Below are positions 41,311-55,780 of a DNA stretch of 64,000 bases, piece after piece (the first letter of the stretch is position 1; every line of letters begins with the position of its first letter). Below the pieces are notes generated by a model that was not told the DNA's origin, ran no database searches, and worked only from the letters and a program-made list of their open reading frames with translations. The position numbers and the translations under genes were made by a program. The stretch is from Octopus vulgaris (taxonomy: Eukaryota). The DNA lies in assembly GCA_951406725.2 (NCBI GenBank), contig OX597825.1:39308001-39372000 (forward strand), given 5' to 3'.

Positions 41311-44274
41311 ATAGAAATAAAAACAATTAATTATAAACAATAAAGAAGCAAAAAATATAAAAGCAATAAAATATAAGGAAGTTAATGCAATATAAAAGAC
41401 GAAATTACAAGTAAGAAATGAAAAATTAAGTTGCCTGTTGCGGGAAGTCGAAAATCTGGATGTTCTAGCAATAAACCTTTCGATGAGATCTAACACAAAC
41501 AACGAATAATTATCTACCTTTATCTCGCTTTCTCCATCCAGTAGAAGCAACACGTACTGTAATACTTTAGGATTCAAAACGTTTCTTATACGTTATGTAG
41601 GGGTGTGTTCACAATATATATTGGCAACTTGTTGCCTGAGATGGCAGGTGAAACTACATTTGAGTCAGAAATCCACATAAAGAAGTGTTAGTTCAATGCT
41701 GAAAAATTTCCGTGACAGTACCGGGGTGGTAGTGCCAAATGTAAACGCACTAACACTTGTTGGTCTGTCCCTGTATGGCTCTGATTTGCGGATGAAACAA
41801 ACACAATAACAAATAAAGGAATGTGTGTGCCTGTCACACACACACAGACACCACTGTGTGTGGTTGTACATGTATGTGTATGTTTGAGAATTAGTAACTC
41901 ATTCTCGATATATATTTCAAAATTTAGTAAATTTTTCTACACCTGTTTTCAAAGCTTAAGCATAACAAATTACATACCAAGTATATACAAATCAAAAATT
42001 TATTGTTTAGTTGACGGTTTTTGTAATTAACCCGGGCAAACGACTGCGGACGAAAATGAAGCATTAAAATAATTAGAAACTTTGTAATCTCCTTTAATAC
42101 TTTACATTGAGCATTCATTTTAAACAAACTTGAATCTATAAATCATGCCCATTATTGATATTGCTTTGTGTGATAACATATTGAATTTTAACATGATAAA
42201 CAATTAGGTTGTTAATATCAGTGGATAAATTTGGAAATGATGAAGCAGAAATACAAACACACACTCATACATACGCACATACACACATATCCACACACGC
42301 ACGCACATAAATGTATTTATGCTTATATTTATGTCAGTATTACGTATGCATATACGTATACACACACATATATGTAGATATATAAATTCGTTAATATATA
42401 TATATATATATATGCAAGTTAGTATATATGTATATATTGGCGCATATCCTTGTGTTTGTATATATTTACACACTCACACACAAAATTTTACATGCATTAA
42501 ATACATACATACACGCAGGCATTGAACCATGCTGACATGCATAGATATAGGCGTGCTTGAGTTTACATGCCTATATGTCTGTGTGAAAGTATGTGTGTGT
42601 GTGTGTTTGTGTGTGTTTCTGTAGTTGTACGTACGTACTCATTTTAGTCATATATGATTATGTACATTTGAACAGCACGGAATGCATTCTTCACATCTTT
42701 GATATATTTTCAATAAATAGATTTAAGGCAAATGCCTACACATAATTGAAAACTAAATAGAGATAGAAACCTCGTGTTGAAAGACAATTCCATCTTTCAA
42801 TTATAATTTTAATTTACAATACAAGATATATTGAATTTTTCAATTATTTGGGTAATACAAAAGAAGTGTAAATTTGATTCTTGCAATTTCGGAGAAGCTG
42901 TATACATTTCTTGCACCGCTTTGCCAAAATTCATAATGCTTACGCGCTTTACATGTCTTGCATATAGCTTAATGTAATGAAGAATTGTTGTGTACAGTGA
43001 TGGCGATTGATGTACGCTGTAAGTCAACCGTGATCAAGAGGGTCTTTAAGCAGTAGATACGTTCCATTGTCTACTGATCCCCTAAGTTTTCAGAATTTTT
43101 CACCTATAAGTCATTTATTTTACACAGTATTTTTGCCTTATCAAGTGGTAACTGTTATTTGTCGTAGGTTGAGACGTATAAAATAAATGTTGTTTTATGC
43201 TCTTCCGATCTACTTTTTATTTGAGCAGCTCATCAGACCTTCTCTGAAAAATAATCGTTGCTGTTACTTCATATTCGTAGTTCGGAATATCATATATTTT
43301 TTTAGTAAATAAACTTAATATCAAAGCATGATGGAAAAGAGTACATTAAATCAAATATGGATTGCAACACTACAAGATGACGTAAACCATAGGACTATTT
43401 CACAAAATTCAGAATCTCAAAGATTATGGAAAAATATCGTTCACAAACATCTCATACTAGGCATTTATTTCATCGTACCGTCATTAGTGTCTATCTTCTT
43501 GTATTTTGTATCTAACTCATATCTAACAGCATTTTGCCTGAAGCTGTTGCTTAATATTTGTTAGTTAGTGTAGGTTCGGGTTTCCGCTACATTCTGTATG
43601 CACATGCACGCAGGTAACTTCGTGTCTGTGTTCGACCATTACCACCGTTCGTCAACCGGCATTGGTGTGACAATGTCCCTGTAACGTAGCGATTTCGACA
43701 GATAAGACGATAGAATACGTACCAATTTTAAAAGTGTATATGTATTGGGGTCGATTAATTCGACTAAAAGTTATTCAAAGGCAATGTGCATGTGATCTGT
43801 GTCTGTTAAATTAGAATGTACAATTCAGATTGCATTAAAGAAGTGTTTGGTGATGAAGTTCTTTCTATCACAATGAACATCGTCTCGAGTGTGAACAATA
43901 ATTTTGTAGTATTGACACGCAGTCACATTTCAGATGATACAGACCAGTAATCAAATATTAGCGATTGCTTCCTTTTAAATTTATACAACCCTTCCCAGTC
44001 TGCAAGTAATATAGTCTCATTACATCAAAAGAGTACTAACTACTTCATATGATACTCTGAAAATTTTCTGCATACAAGACATGTCAATGATCTCTCTCTT
44101 TGTCTCTCTCTTCACTCTTTCTTTGTCTCTCTATCTCTCTAAATATATATATGTATCAAATCCTTTGCGTCCTGTTTTTCTTTTGATACATATATCCTAT
44201 CACTCATACTACTAGAATATACAGGTGCTTACATTTATCAAGTATTCACTCTGAATTTCTTGTACCTAAATCTC

Positions 44275-44625
<351 letters not shown>

Positions 44626-46299
44626 ATATAACATAATTTTGTATACGTTCCTCTTATTTTTGAACATTACTAAAACTCGTTCATCTTATTTTGTTCGAAA
44701 TGAAACCTAAATGAATAGTTATTGCAATTTTCAAATCAAGAATTCGCTCAATGAAATCAGTGCGGATATTTCAATTCTAAATGATAAATATGAATTTAGA
44801 GCCAGAGAATGAAGGAATCCCTCAACGTTTGAACTGAGGTGCGCTATGAATTTCAATTAAAGATTTGAATAACATTTTCGATGTTTGTCTACTATCGATG
44901 CTTTGCTGATAAATTGATTAATTGGGTTAAACTGTATTATTTTCTGCGAATATATCAGAATGGACCTAAAAGTAAAGTTTATTCACTGGTGCGTATGTAA
45001 ATATAATGCTGTCATGTATGTAATTTCTGTAAAATAACAATCCGCACGTCGCCTTTGAACTATTTAAATTTACTCGAGAATAATTAACATGCTTCGTCTA
45101 CAAAGAATATGATATGCAAATTAAGTTTCACTCGCGTTGAATCTGTTGAAACACTCCGCAATAAATTAGTTATTTTTTATACCGTTGTTCTCATTTCTTG
45201 TACCACTATTTTATGTTGAAAGAACTTCCATTTTGTTTTATGTAGTGTTTTATGAGTAATCTCAAGAATAACGTTTCCATACTGTGCTAACGTTATAAAG
45301 GAGTCTGAAACTTTTAACAATTCCATATTTAGATTTGAGGTCTTCCCATAATTTTGCAATCATCTCTGTTTTGCAATTTCATGAAGGTATAAATATATTT
45401 GAAGACGGTTTATCAAGTGAAAAAAGTTGTATTTGGAAATATATCAGCAAATTATGATTGCATTCAGTCGTAGTAGCTAATATTTTCTCGAGACATGTGT
45501 TCTACTTGCAAGGTTTGATCCTGTGTTATCAAATACACTAAAATCAAATTGCTGAATTAGATGTAGAGTGATTTTTCAAACACAGCATACGACGCGCGCA
45601 CACACACATGTACATGAGCACTCACGCACACACATACACACACACACATACACCCGCAGTCACACACACACACAGTCACGCACACAAACATATATCTACA
45701 AGGGTGTGATGAAAAGTTCATGCCAGGCAAAATGTCTAGCGACATTCCGCTCGTCTTTAATTACTGAGTCCAAATTCTTCGCATATTGACTCTGCAATTT
45801 ATTCTTTCAAGATTGATAAAATAAGTACCACTTCAATACTGTGTCGATGTAATCAACTTACTCCCTCCTCGAACTTGTTGGCATTTGAAACAGAAATCAG
45901 TATCAAATTTCGAGATAGTTATTAGCTACAGCAATAGGCTAATAGCAGCATTGTAATAGATTGTTTTAAGAAATTAAATATAACCATAAGGAAAGATTTA
46001 TCATATTCATATTGTAGAATTTTATCCAAAATATCGAGATCTTTCCTCGATAAGGCGACTGAAGTCGTAAAACATGAGTTAATTTTGACCACATAAACTT
46101 AATTATTATCTTGCAACTAATGAAAACCCTTCTTTGCCGTAGGGTCACAGCATGGAGAAAAATCTGATAGAGATGCATTATTCAAAGTATTGATGGTATC
46201 GTATGGCCTTGCAGACATCTTTGATCTCGTAGGTTTCTTTATATTAAATATATTGATAATCAAATTCCTGTCCCAAGATATTGACATATAGCTTGATGA

Positions 46300-46890
46300 T
46301 ACTTAAATCATATCGAATAGTCATTATGGTCATACACATGATTAATTTAGGGAAAACTCATATATACGTTAATTTGATTACGCTAAAAAATCAAAATTAT
46401 CACTAATCTGTCCAAAGTCGACGTCTTAGATATTGCACTAGACCTTGACTCGCTCTATTATAAATATTACCATAGAATGATTGAGAAGTTCTTTTATATA
46501 CACAAAAGTTCTGTAACTCCAACCAACGTTAAAACCTGCTAAGGGATATCAGTGATTGAATACCTCATTTCCTCTCTTCAAAAGAAACATTTGATAAGGC
46601 ACATCGAAACTAAAATAATGTCCTTCCTATCAGAGGCCTGAAGGGTAATGTATATATATAATATATTAAAAATATGGAACCCAAATTATTCATTATTTTC
46701 CTAAGTCTACCTAAAAGAAAACTTACGAAAAGAACATGGTTTGCTCCCACCTTTCTCTCTAAATGTTAAACATAAGCTTTAATTTCCTACTATATTATAA
46801 ACATTATCCCATGTTTAATAAATCCTCAATTAAAATCACCTATTCTACAAACTTAGGATCCATAATTGCTTCTTTTAATGCGTCCAAGTG
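46300..46890 (+). pseudogene. Decayed PLE RT fragment related to the 53193-55780 element
   Basis: VDVLDIALDLDS..YIHKSS matches VNFLDITLDLNS..YVNKLS. HYPMFNKSSIKITYST-NLGSIIASFN matches RYHRIISRKTVRISYSTLPNMSTLIAKIN. Confidence 0.6.
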
Positions 46891-48137
46891 TCTTCTTTCA
46901 AGGGACCCTACGACCCATTCCCCTGGAACACACCTTAATCTATCTGATAAAGATAATAAAAGACTTGAGGATCCTATCCGATTCAATAATGCCAACCATG
47001 GTACTACACCCCTACTACTAGCAACATGATCATATATAATAGTGGTCATACCCTTTCCAAGCCATGACGACGCAGGCCCTTCTTCTTTGAAGGTAACACA
47101 TTATATGAACCAGAGATGAATATGTATTAATTCTAAGCGCACCGATGGTGGGGAGAACGCAAATGTTGAGTCTCTCAAACGTGTCTGATGTGTGGATTTT
47201 GTTCAAGCTCTAATGCCGGGTAATAGAACCACGTTCCAACCAATTTAGGATCTATATTGGCGGTACTGTTGATTTTAAACGCTACTACATGTCTAAGATT
47301 TATTCGTTTTCATAGACCATCTAGACTCCTTACTCCTCTAGCTATATACCTAATCTTGGTCCACAGTACGCGTGGTTTCCCCATAAAACTCTACCCCTCT
47401 TTTCATCCTATCTTCCTCGCTCTCTTAATTCCCTTGTACATTTCTCAACATCTCAACATATCTTCTTCCGTTGCAAACTCACCCTCGTTTCTTGAATTCT
47501 TTCCTTGCCGCTTCATGGTTTTATTTATAATCAGATTGCATCCCTAATTAATTCAAAAGTATGCTCTTCTCTATTCTTCGCTCAACTTTTTCACTGTCAC
47601 AACGACCTCCTCAGTTAACGAACTCTCATCCCTTTCCTAATAGTCAGCAATCAGCTTTATTGATATAATGCCAGCCAAGCGACATATTTGACAACTATTT
47701 GGGTCACCATTCACGATGCTAACCATTACTTACCCCTTAACCTCATCCCTCAGGCGAATGTCTCCTACTTCTATTCCCTCATCTGACCTCTCGTCCTTTC
47801 CCTCCTTTTAATTCTTTTTGCAATTTCTATAATTCTTTACATTTCCTCTCTAAGCGTATGTCACACCCTCTCCCTAAATTTTAACCTTACAAAACTTAAA
47901 TCGCTTGCCCTATGATGTGAACTTATATTCGCCATTTTTTTTTCTCCCGGTTTTATGTTAATGTCATTATGCGATCAATTACAGGTTAAAATGCTGCACG
48001 TTCCATCTGCTAATTACGAACATTATGATTATTAAGCAATTCCGAGCTACCAAAAAATACTATGCATTCTCTCCATAATACTTTATGTGTTTTATGTTCC
48101 ATGTAATCGTAAATTTATTTGTATTTATAAATAACTA

Positions 48138-48164
48138 TTAGACAGAAACTGAAAGAAGCCCGTC

Positions 48165-48260
<96 letters not shown>

Positions 48261-48458
48261 ATGTGTGTGTGTGTGTATTTACGTGTTTGTGTGTCCGTGT
48301 TTGTCCCTACAACATCGCTTATTGGTTTGGCAACAGAGCCCAATAGAATAAGAACTAGGCTTACAAAGAATAATTCCTGGTATTGATTTGTTCGACTAAA
48401 ATGGTGGTGCTCCAGCATGGCCGTAGGAATATGACTGAAATAATTAAAAGAATAAAAA
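48138..48458 (+). mobile_element. 5'-truncated SINE (15051 family) with expanded (TA)n
   Basis: tagacagaaactgaaagaagcccgtcg...ttacaaagaataa..ggtggtgctccagcatggccg. Confidence 0.75.
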
Positions 48459-48460
48459 AT

Positions 48461-48497
<37 letters not shown>

Positions 48498-48519
48498 ATA
48501 TCTATATCTCTCTCTCTTC

Positions 48520-48595
<76 letters not shown>

Positions 48596-50202
48596 ATGCA
48601 TACTTACATGCACACACACACCTACACGCACGCACACAAGTACACAAACACACATTGCACACATACACACATACAGAATGTTAGAGCTATTTGAGCTCTT
48701 ATTTGGAAATATAATAGAACAAAAGTCTAAGCAAATATCAAATGAATTTGAATAGAATTTTGTTTACAAAATCTTGTTAAGAAGTTACTCAATGTAATCG
48801 CCTCCCGCTTCGATGACTGTTTCAACTAAACACAGATGCATTCAGTAAACGTTTATTCTTCATTGCAACGATCTCCTGGACGTCAAATTAAACTATGATA
48901 TAGTGAGCATGCACATGATTCTTCTTTTCTATACGTTCTGGATTTATACATTTCCACAATTTTGATGTCAAAGGATCGTAAATATTGCCTGATATCCATT
49001 CAATACTTGGCTTACGTATTCAGTACAATTAATTCAAAGACCGTGAGGAAACACGTGAGAAGGCGTCTCATTTTTTGTTTACTCATCACCCGAAAAACTA
49101 TTACTGTCATCTGAAACAGTCATTTGTCAGTTCTGAAGTTAGACTTTTGGTTTGTTCGAAGAATCAATGCATACCATGTTGTTTTATCTTTTAATTTGTT
49201 ACGTAACCTCGGAATTTTGTGGCTTTACAGACACAAAGTGAACCACCATGAATACATGCTATTTGTATCGAATATTCCCCTGAACCGCAATTCTATTATT
49301 TCTGTCTCAAACCTGAAGTTATGTGGTCGTGATTCCCTGGAAAAATTACCGATAATATTTTGAATGACTTTCATTAAATTTAGTGTCCTCTTAGTGTCCC
49401 TTTAGAAAGCAATTATCTCTTTCGTTCATTTGACCTATTCCCGTAAGAACGTTGTCTACAAATGATTATTCAGAATTTAGAATTCGATGTTACATACGTA
49501 TGACAAGAATGACTACGTATTTTATATAAGTTCTTGTGTTAACTCGGTAAATTCCAGAATTGGTTTGAGAAGAGAATAACTAATTATCTTCGCATCCGGT
49601 ATGTATGGATTCACGTGCATACGTAAAGTTGTATCATACTTGGCAAATGAAGTATAAGAGAGAAATCAATACCAAAATATACAAGACTTTTGGAACGAAC
49701 TCCAACACACGTGAATACAACTAGTTTATTAATAGCAAAAATTATACATTCCTATTTAAAATGAAGGAAAATATTCGATGGCAAATTTCGTTTAGTCATG
49801 ATATTTTATATTAAGTTATGGTGCAAAGTTTTAGGAACGTTTGAAATCCATAAGTAATTTAATTATAGCGAAGAGAAGATTACTCATGAAATATAACCTA
49901 GAAATTAATATGTGAACGTTTCAGATGATTACTGAACATCTTATTAGTTTGGAAGTGTATGCTTATTAGGACTCCCGCGTTTTCCGTTGTATTCAGATGT
50001 GAATTAAATATTTAGTGAAAGAAAATTTCGAATTTCAGAAACATTATTTACACGGGCTTCAGAACAAAATTAATAAACCAAATAAGTTCACGTGCTGTTG
50101 ATATATTAAGAGATCTACAAGCAAATACGCATCACATATACACTCCAATACTTTGACATGTGCACATATATTGAAAAACTTTATATACATGTACATATAT
50201 GC

Positions 50203-50235
<33 letters not shown>

Positions 50236-50644
50236 CGTACACACACACATGTATGTATGTATATAGGTGTATGTGCGTATAAATATTATACATAAATATA
50301 TATATAAGGTTAGTTGAGTTAGCGGTTGGAATAACCGACTATGGGATAAGAATATCCGTTTTTACTACCGGTATAAATTACGTATGTTAATCCTGGGCAT
50401 GGATATGCAAGCATAATATGATCATAGGATTCAGGCAATAACAAAATAGACAAGAGTTTATCAAGAATCAAATTTAGATTACGCAGAAAATGGAGAATAT
50501 TCTTGATAAACAAACAAATTGAATACCCTCGGCTATTATTTTTATTTTTATTCATACAAAATGTTTGTACTGAAAAAAAAATCAAACCTGACGGTTGTCA
50601 ATTTCTTTGTTGGTCAACAATTCTCTCCATTTTCTGATTAATCA

Positions 50645-50737
<93 letters not shown>

Positions 50738-50781
50738 TATCTATATCTATATCTATATCTATCAATCTGTCTATCTATCTA

Positions 50782-50870
<89 letters not shown>

Positions 50871-51580
50871 TGTGTGTGTGTGAAGAAAAATGTTGTTTTC
50901 AAGAGTTCGATGACACTAGAAAACACTAAAATTTTATTCACATTTTATCATTGTAAATTTGATGTTTGATGATGCGATATATATTCTGCAAAATATATAT
51001 ATTTCGCTCTGCGAACACTGGTATTTGAATCAATTGAATCAATTTCTGTGGGTGCTCCATTATCGATTTCGTGGGAGCAATCAAATCAGTTACACATATG
51101 CTTAACGATAATGTGCAAAAATACGGAATAATTAATGCATAACCGGAAATATCTCCTTTGTCCCTCCTTCTATTATTGATCATGAAGTTCAAGCTCTTCG
51201 AATATCATAGATTATAAATATAAATTGAAATCTTATTTTTGATGAATCCTTCGGAAAAACTGATTGCATGTTTAACAATCATAGTTTCTAGTATAAAAGG
51301 TATCAACCGGTTGTTTATGAGGATTAATGTCTCGCAATTTACTCATTAAATTTTGGTCGTCGAATTAATATTTATAGCACGAAGATATTATATGATAGGT
51401 GCGTTAAAATATATACTGAAACTAAAATGGAAATGTTCATAACGGATTGTAATATAATTTGAAAACTTTGAATGTATTTGAATATTTCATTATAAACGAA
51501 GTAATGTAGAAATGTGTATAATTCACATAACGAAGATAACAGATTGATTATATTCTAACAACCTCATGCCTAATGAAGGA

Positions 51581-51617
<37 letters not shown>

Positions 51618-51647
51618 GCGAGAATGAAGCAACAAGAATGGATAGGT

Positions 51648-51738
51648 TTTTAGTACAATCGTTTCATACAAGGACAGGTTTTATTAAAAGTTGCAAAAAT
51701 TACAGCATATAAACGTGTCCCGTACTCATCAGCTAAAA
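51648..51738 (-). ncRNA. Type I hammerhead ribozyme in PLE 3' region
   Basis: TTTTAG-CTGATGA-GTACGGGACA..TGTCCTTGTAT-GAAAC-GATT-GTA-CTAAAA; canonical core, GUA triplet. Confidence 0.85.
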
Positions 51739-53192
51739 TACATGTGAGTTCTCTAGACATCCTAGTGGTTGAGGCTATACTCATGAAGTAATGTAGATAA
51801 TTAAGTAACATAAACAGATTTCAAAAGTTCATTAAAGTTCTTTAAAGATGATGTACAGTCTTATCACAGAATTTTAAAAAGTTTTAATAGCATCACAGAG
51901 GAGGTGACCTAATCCATAGTGCACATATGAATTTCCAGAGATATGATGAGGGATTACATACTCACAGAAGACAAATTTATCCATTGTTAATTACAACGAG
52001 GTGGGTTTCAATTCCTGCTTATTAGCATTACAGAGAGGGTGAATTAATCCTTTGTATAGATGCACAATTTCCAATGGTGTAGATGTAAATTTCCAAGGAA
52101 TTTCATATTCACAGGCGATAAATTTATCAATGGTTGAACACAATGAGGTAGGTATCAATTCTTGTTATATGATTAGGTATTTGCCACATTAATCACATTA
52201 CTGCTATTTACAAGAGGCTGTAGCTATTTAACTTTTAAAGGCTGAAGGGCTTTCTAGAGCAATAGAATAGAAAAGGGAAGGGAATAGAATAAAAGAGAGA
52301 AAATAAAGGAGGAGGGAGCAAAAAGGGGGGGGAGGGGACTAAAAGAGAAGAGAAAAGGAAAAAGAGAATAAGAAGAAGAAAAAGAAAAAAGAGAAAAGAG
52401 AAAGAAATAGGGAGGAAGGGAAAAAAGAAAAAAAGAACAAGAAAAAAAAAAGGGTTCTAGTTATACAGAAGAATTAGTAGACGGCAAGTCTGGTTTTAAT
52501 TTACAGGCATCTAGGAACTAGAGGAGAATATTATTCTTTGACCAATAAAACAGCTAATTTATTGCTGTTGAAATCAGCTATGAATTTAAAGAGAATCTAA
52601 AGAGATAACACAGTCAGGGGTTTAGGGGTCAGATGCTAAAATCACCAGAAAATACATTAGGAAAAACTAGGTATAATCTTATATCAAAAAGTCATTAAAA
52701 TTTACTTATTTAATTTATTCATTTTATTGTCTTAAGGAGTTGCCGTTATTATTCATACATTGACGGACTACAGGTCAAATCTTAGAAGATCATTTAAAAG
52801 GTGTTAGGGGATTGTCTATCATAATGAAGATAATCATATTATCACCGAGGGAATAGCCTTATTTATTTAATTTTGAAATAGAATTATGGGTCTATAGTAA
52901 CTCATTTTAATTAATTAGAGTTATGCTAATTAAATTAGATTAAGTTAGGAATTAAAATTAAAAATTACAATTAAGATTTAAAATTAAGAATTTAAAAATT
53001 GTGAGTTTGAAATTAAATAAAGCCTCAATTAAGCAGCGAATAAGTACTATTCATTTCCCTGTTCTCAAAAAACTGATGCAGATATAAGGAAAAAGATAAC
53101 TGTAGTGTGAGAACTCTTAGTTATCTACTTAAAGCAGTGCTATACCAGTAGAAATCAAGTTATATCTATCTATCTAGTTACGAATATTCTAA

Positions 53193-55780
53193 TCATTTAA
53201 AATATTTTAAAGTCTTCAATTTAGCGTGGACACAAACTTGACCTAGTTCGATATGGTTATTCAATAAGTTTCTATGTTTTCTATGCTTTAGAATTTCATA
53301 TGTCTCCATGGAGCATAGTTGACAACCAACCCTACTATTTTTATACGGAATTGCTCTCCTAACTATTTCCCAATTAAGGTTATAATTTTTATTATTATTT
53401 TTGAGTTCCCAGATTTTGTTTGAAAGTGTGGTGGTACCAGCTTTATGACGTAATTTAAAAGTCGAGATGTGATTTCTAACTCTGGCTAAAAAATTAATTG
53501 TACATCCAATGTAACAATATTTGTTATTCTCCGTGGATATGGTACATTTATAGATTACATTATTTTCCCCACATAGACCAGGTGCCGGGCATTTTGATTT
53601 TATTCTACACTTACACACAGGAGGAACACCTTCAGGCTTTGGATTATTCTTGGGTAGATGTTTTAGGTTCCTATTATTTTGATTATCATTTCTATAGTTG
53701 GTGCTGATATCTAAAGTATTGCTATTATTTCTTGATCCTTCTGTTTCATCATTTAGATCTAAAGTCCTACCATGATTTCTTATATTATTGGTAATGTTAA
53801 TATTATTGTTAGTCTTTTTATCCGACTGCATATTGTTGTTATAGATATCACTAATATTTTCATTCTCCTTATTTTCTCTATTATCCCTATTTCTATTATT
53901 TCTATTATTAACATTATTACTTCTATTAATATCGGCATTGCTATTATTACTATTAATGTTAATGTTATTAGTCATTCTGTGGTTACTAATTTCACGTATG
54001 TTTTGATAGTTACTATTGCTGTTTTTATTGTTGGTAGTATTATTATAATTGCTATTGGTATTCATGCTGATATTATTATTTTTATTTCTATCTTTCCTGG
54101 CTAGTTTAATGTTGTTATTATTAATCTTAGCTATTAAAGTGGACATATTTGGGAGGGTTGAATAAGAAATCCTAACTGTTTTCCTAGAAATAATTCTATG
54201 ATATCTATGAGAGATAGGGACATTTTTTTCCAGAATCACTTAGAATTTGTTCTGTATATCCGATTGTATCGCACAGTTGAAAGGAATATTCAGCCATAAT
54301 ATATCTTTTTTATTAAATTTAGGGTTCGTAGAATTATTACTATTCATCTCACCGGAGTTATTGTATTTATTACCATTATTTTTATTTTTATTTGTGTGCA
54401 TCTTAGGTTTATCTACTTCAATATTATCCGAGTTACCTATGTTCTGGTCAATGTTTCTATTTGAATTGTTGGGCCTGTACGCTAGATTAGCGTTTACCGT
54501 TAGTTTAATTCTACTTTTATTTCGGGCTTGGTCTTTATTGCTGCTTACGTGATTATTGATAACTTCATTATTAGGAATACGTGAGTTCCCCTTATCAACG
54601 AATGTAATCTTTTGGTTGTATCCAGCCTTAGTTAACGCCGCATTATAATGCTCAGAATGGGAGTTAAATATAACGTTATTGGATGATAATTTTGAAATTC
54701 TTAATGAAATATTTCTTACTAAAGATTCTATAATATTTGGGGGATGATTTGATAATTTATTTACGTAATTCGTGATTTCGCCTTCCTTTCTAAATGGGTA
54801 ATGTAGCTTGGAGTTAAGGTCTAGCGTAATATCTAGGAAATTAACTATTTTAGTGCCCGGTTCATACGTTATACTGAGGTTGAAATCCCTAAAGAACTTA
54901 TTAATTTTCTTTCTAATCCTTTCTATAACAGATTTATTATTACTAGGGATAACAAACAGAGCATCATCCCTATATAGACCCCCCTGTAATTCTGGGATAT
55001 CCTTGCTTATGCATTTTAATAGATATGCGCCTACTAGGTTGGTTACCTCAGCCGAATCACTGGAACCCATTGGTATATCAAAAAAATTAGGTGTATCTGC
55101 TCTAGTCCATAATTTATCTTCAAATTCTATAAATGTCTTCCTAGCTAGTAGCACAATATTGATTTCTTCTCTAGATATGAGGGAGCGATTCATGGCAAAT
55201 ATTAGTGATTTGTTGAGTAAGATAGGGGAAATGCTAGAGTAATAACTATTAATATCGAACTGAATAAAGGACAGACTACTAGTATTAGTTAGAGAGTTAA
55301 ACCATTTTAGAACTTCATCGGTACTTAGCCATAGGTTTAAGGGGAGAAGAGGGGTTATTTGGGGTAGAACAGTATCCAAGATAGATTTACTAAGTCGGCC
55401 AATGTCCGACTTAGTTGGACAGATCAGCCTTACCGAAGGGTTTTCCAAGAAGTTCTTTTGTGGTCTTTAAGGTTGATCCTGGGCTCACACGGTTTAAGTG
55501 GCTCCGTTCTATCCGTTAAATTTAGTTTCTCCATGATCTCTTTCATTTCCATGTTTACTTTTTTCAAATTGTTCTTAGTCGTAATTTTATATTTGGAGTT
55601 TAGTTCCTTCCTAATTAATTTGCTATAAATATCGTAATCAACTCTATACATACTACCCGTTTTATCTGCTGGTACTAGGATTCCATGTTTGCACCGGGTT
55701 GACTGAATAAAGTTCCTAAGGTGTCTAAGGTGAGGGTTATATCTTAACGGGTGTTCCTTGAAGCTAATATCATCTATAAT
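53193..55780 (-). pseudogene. PLE RT + GIY-YIG endonuclease (N-terminus truncated, frameshift at about 55456-55459, in-frame TAA at 54240-54242)
   Basis: Motifs PADKT, KDHK, FDINSYYSSI, IPMGSSDSAE, GLYRDD and VNFLDITL. Then CKCRIKSKCPAPGLC, VIYKC..YIGCT, R..NH, CQLC..E and CVH. Confidence 0.88.

Noticed and set aside
47135-47195. Possible hammerhead downstream of the decayed PLE
   Set aside because: Both core boxes are degenerate.
54240-54242. In-frame stop as programmed readthrough or selenocysteine
   Set aside because: The codon is TAA, not TGA, and the copy has other lesions; a simple nonsense mutation is more likely.
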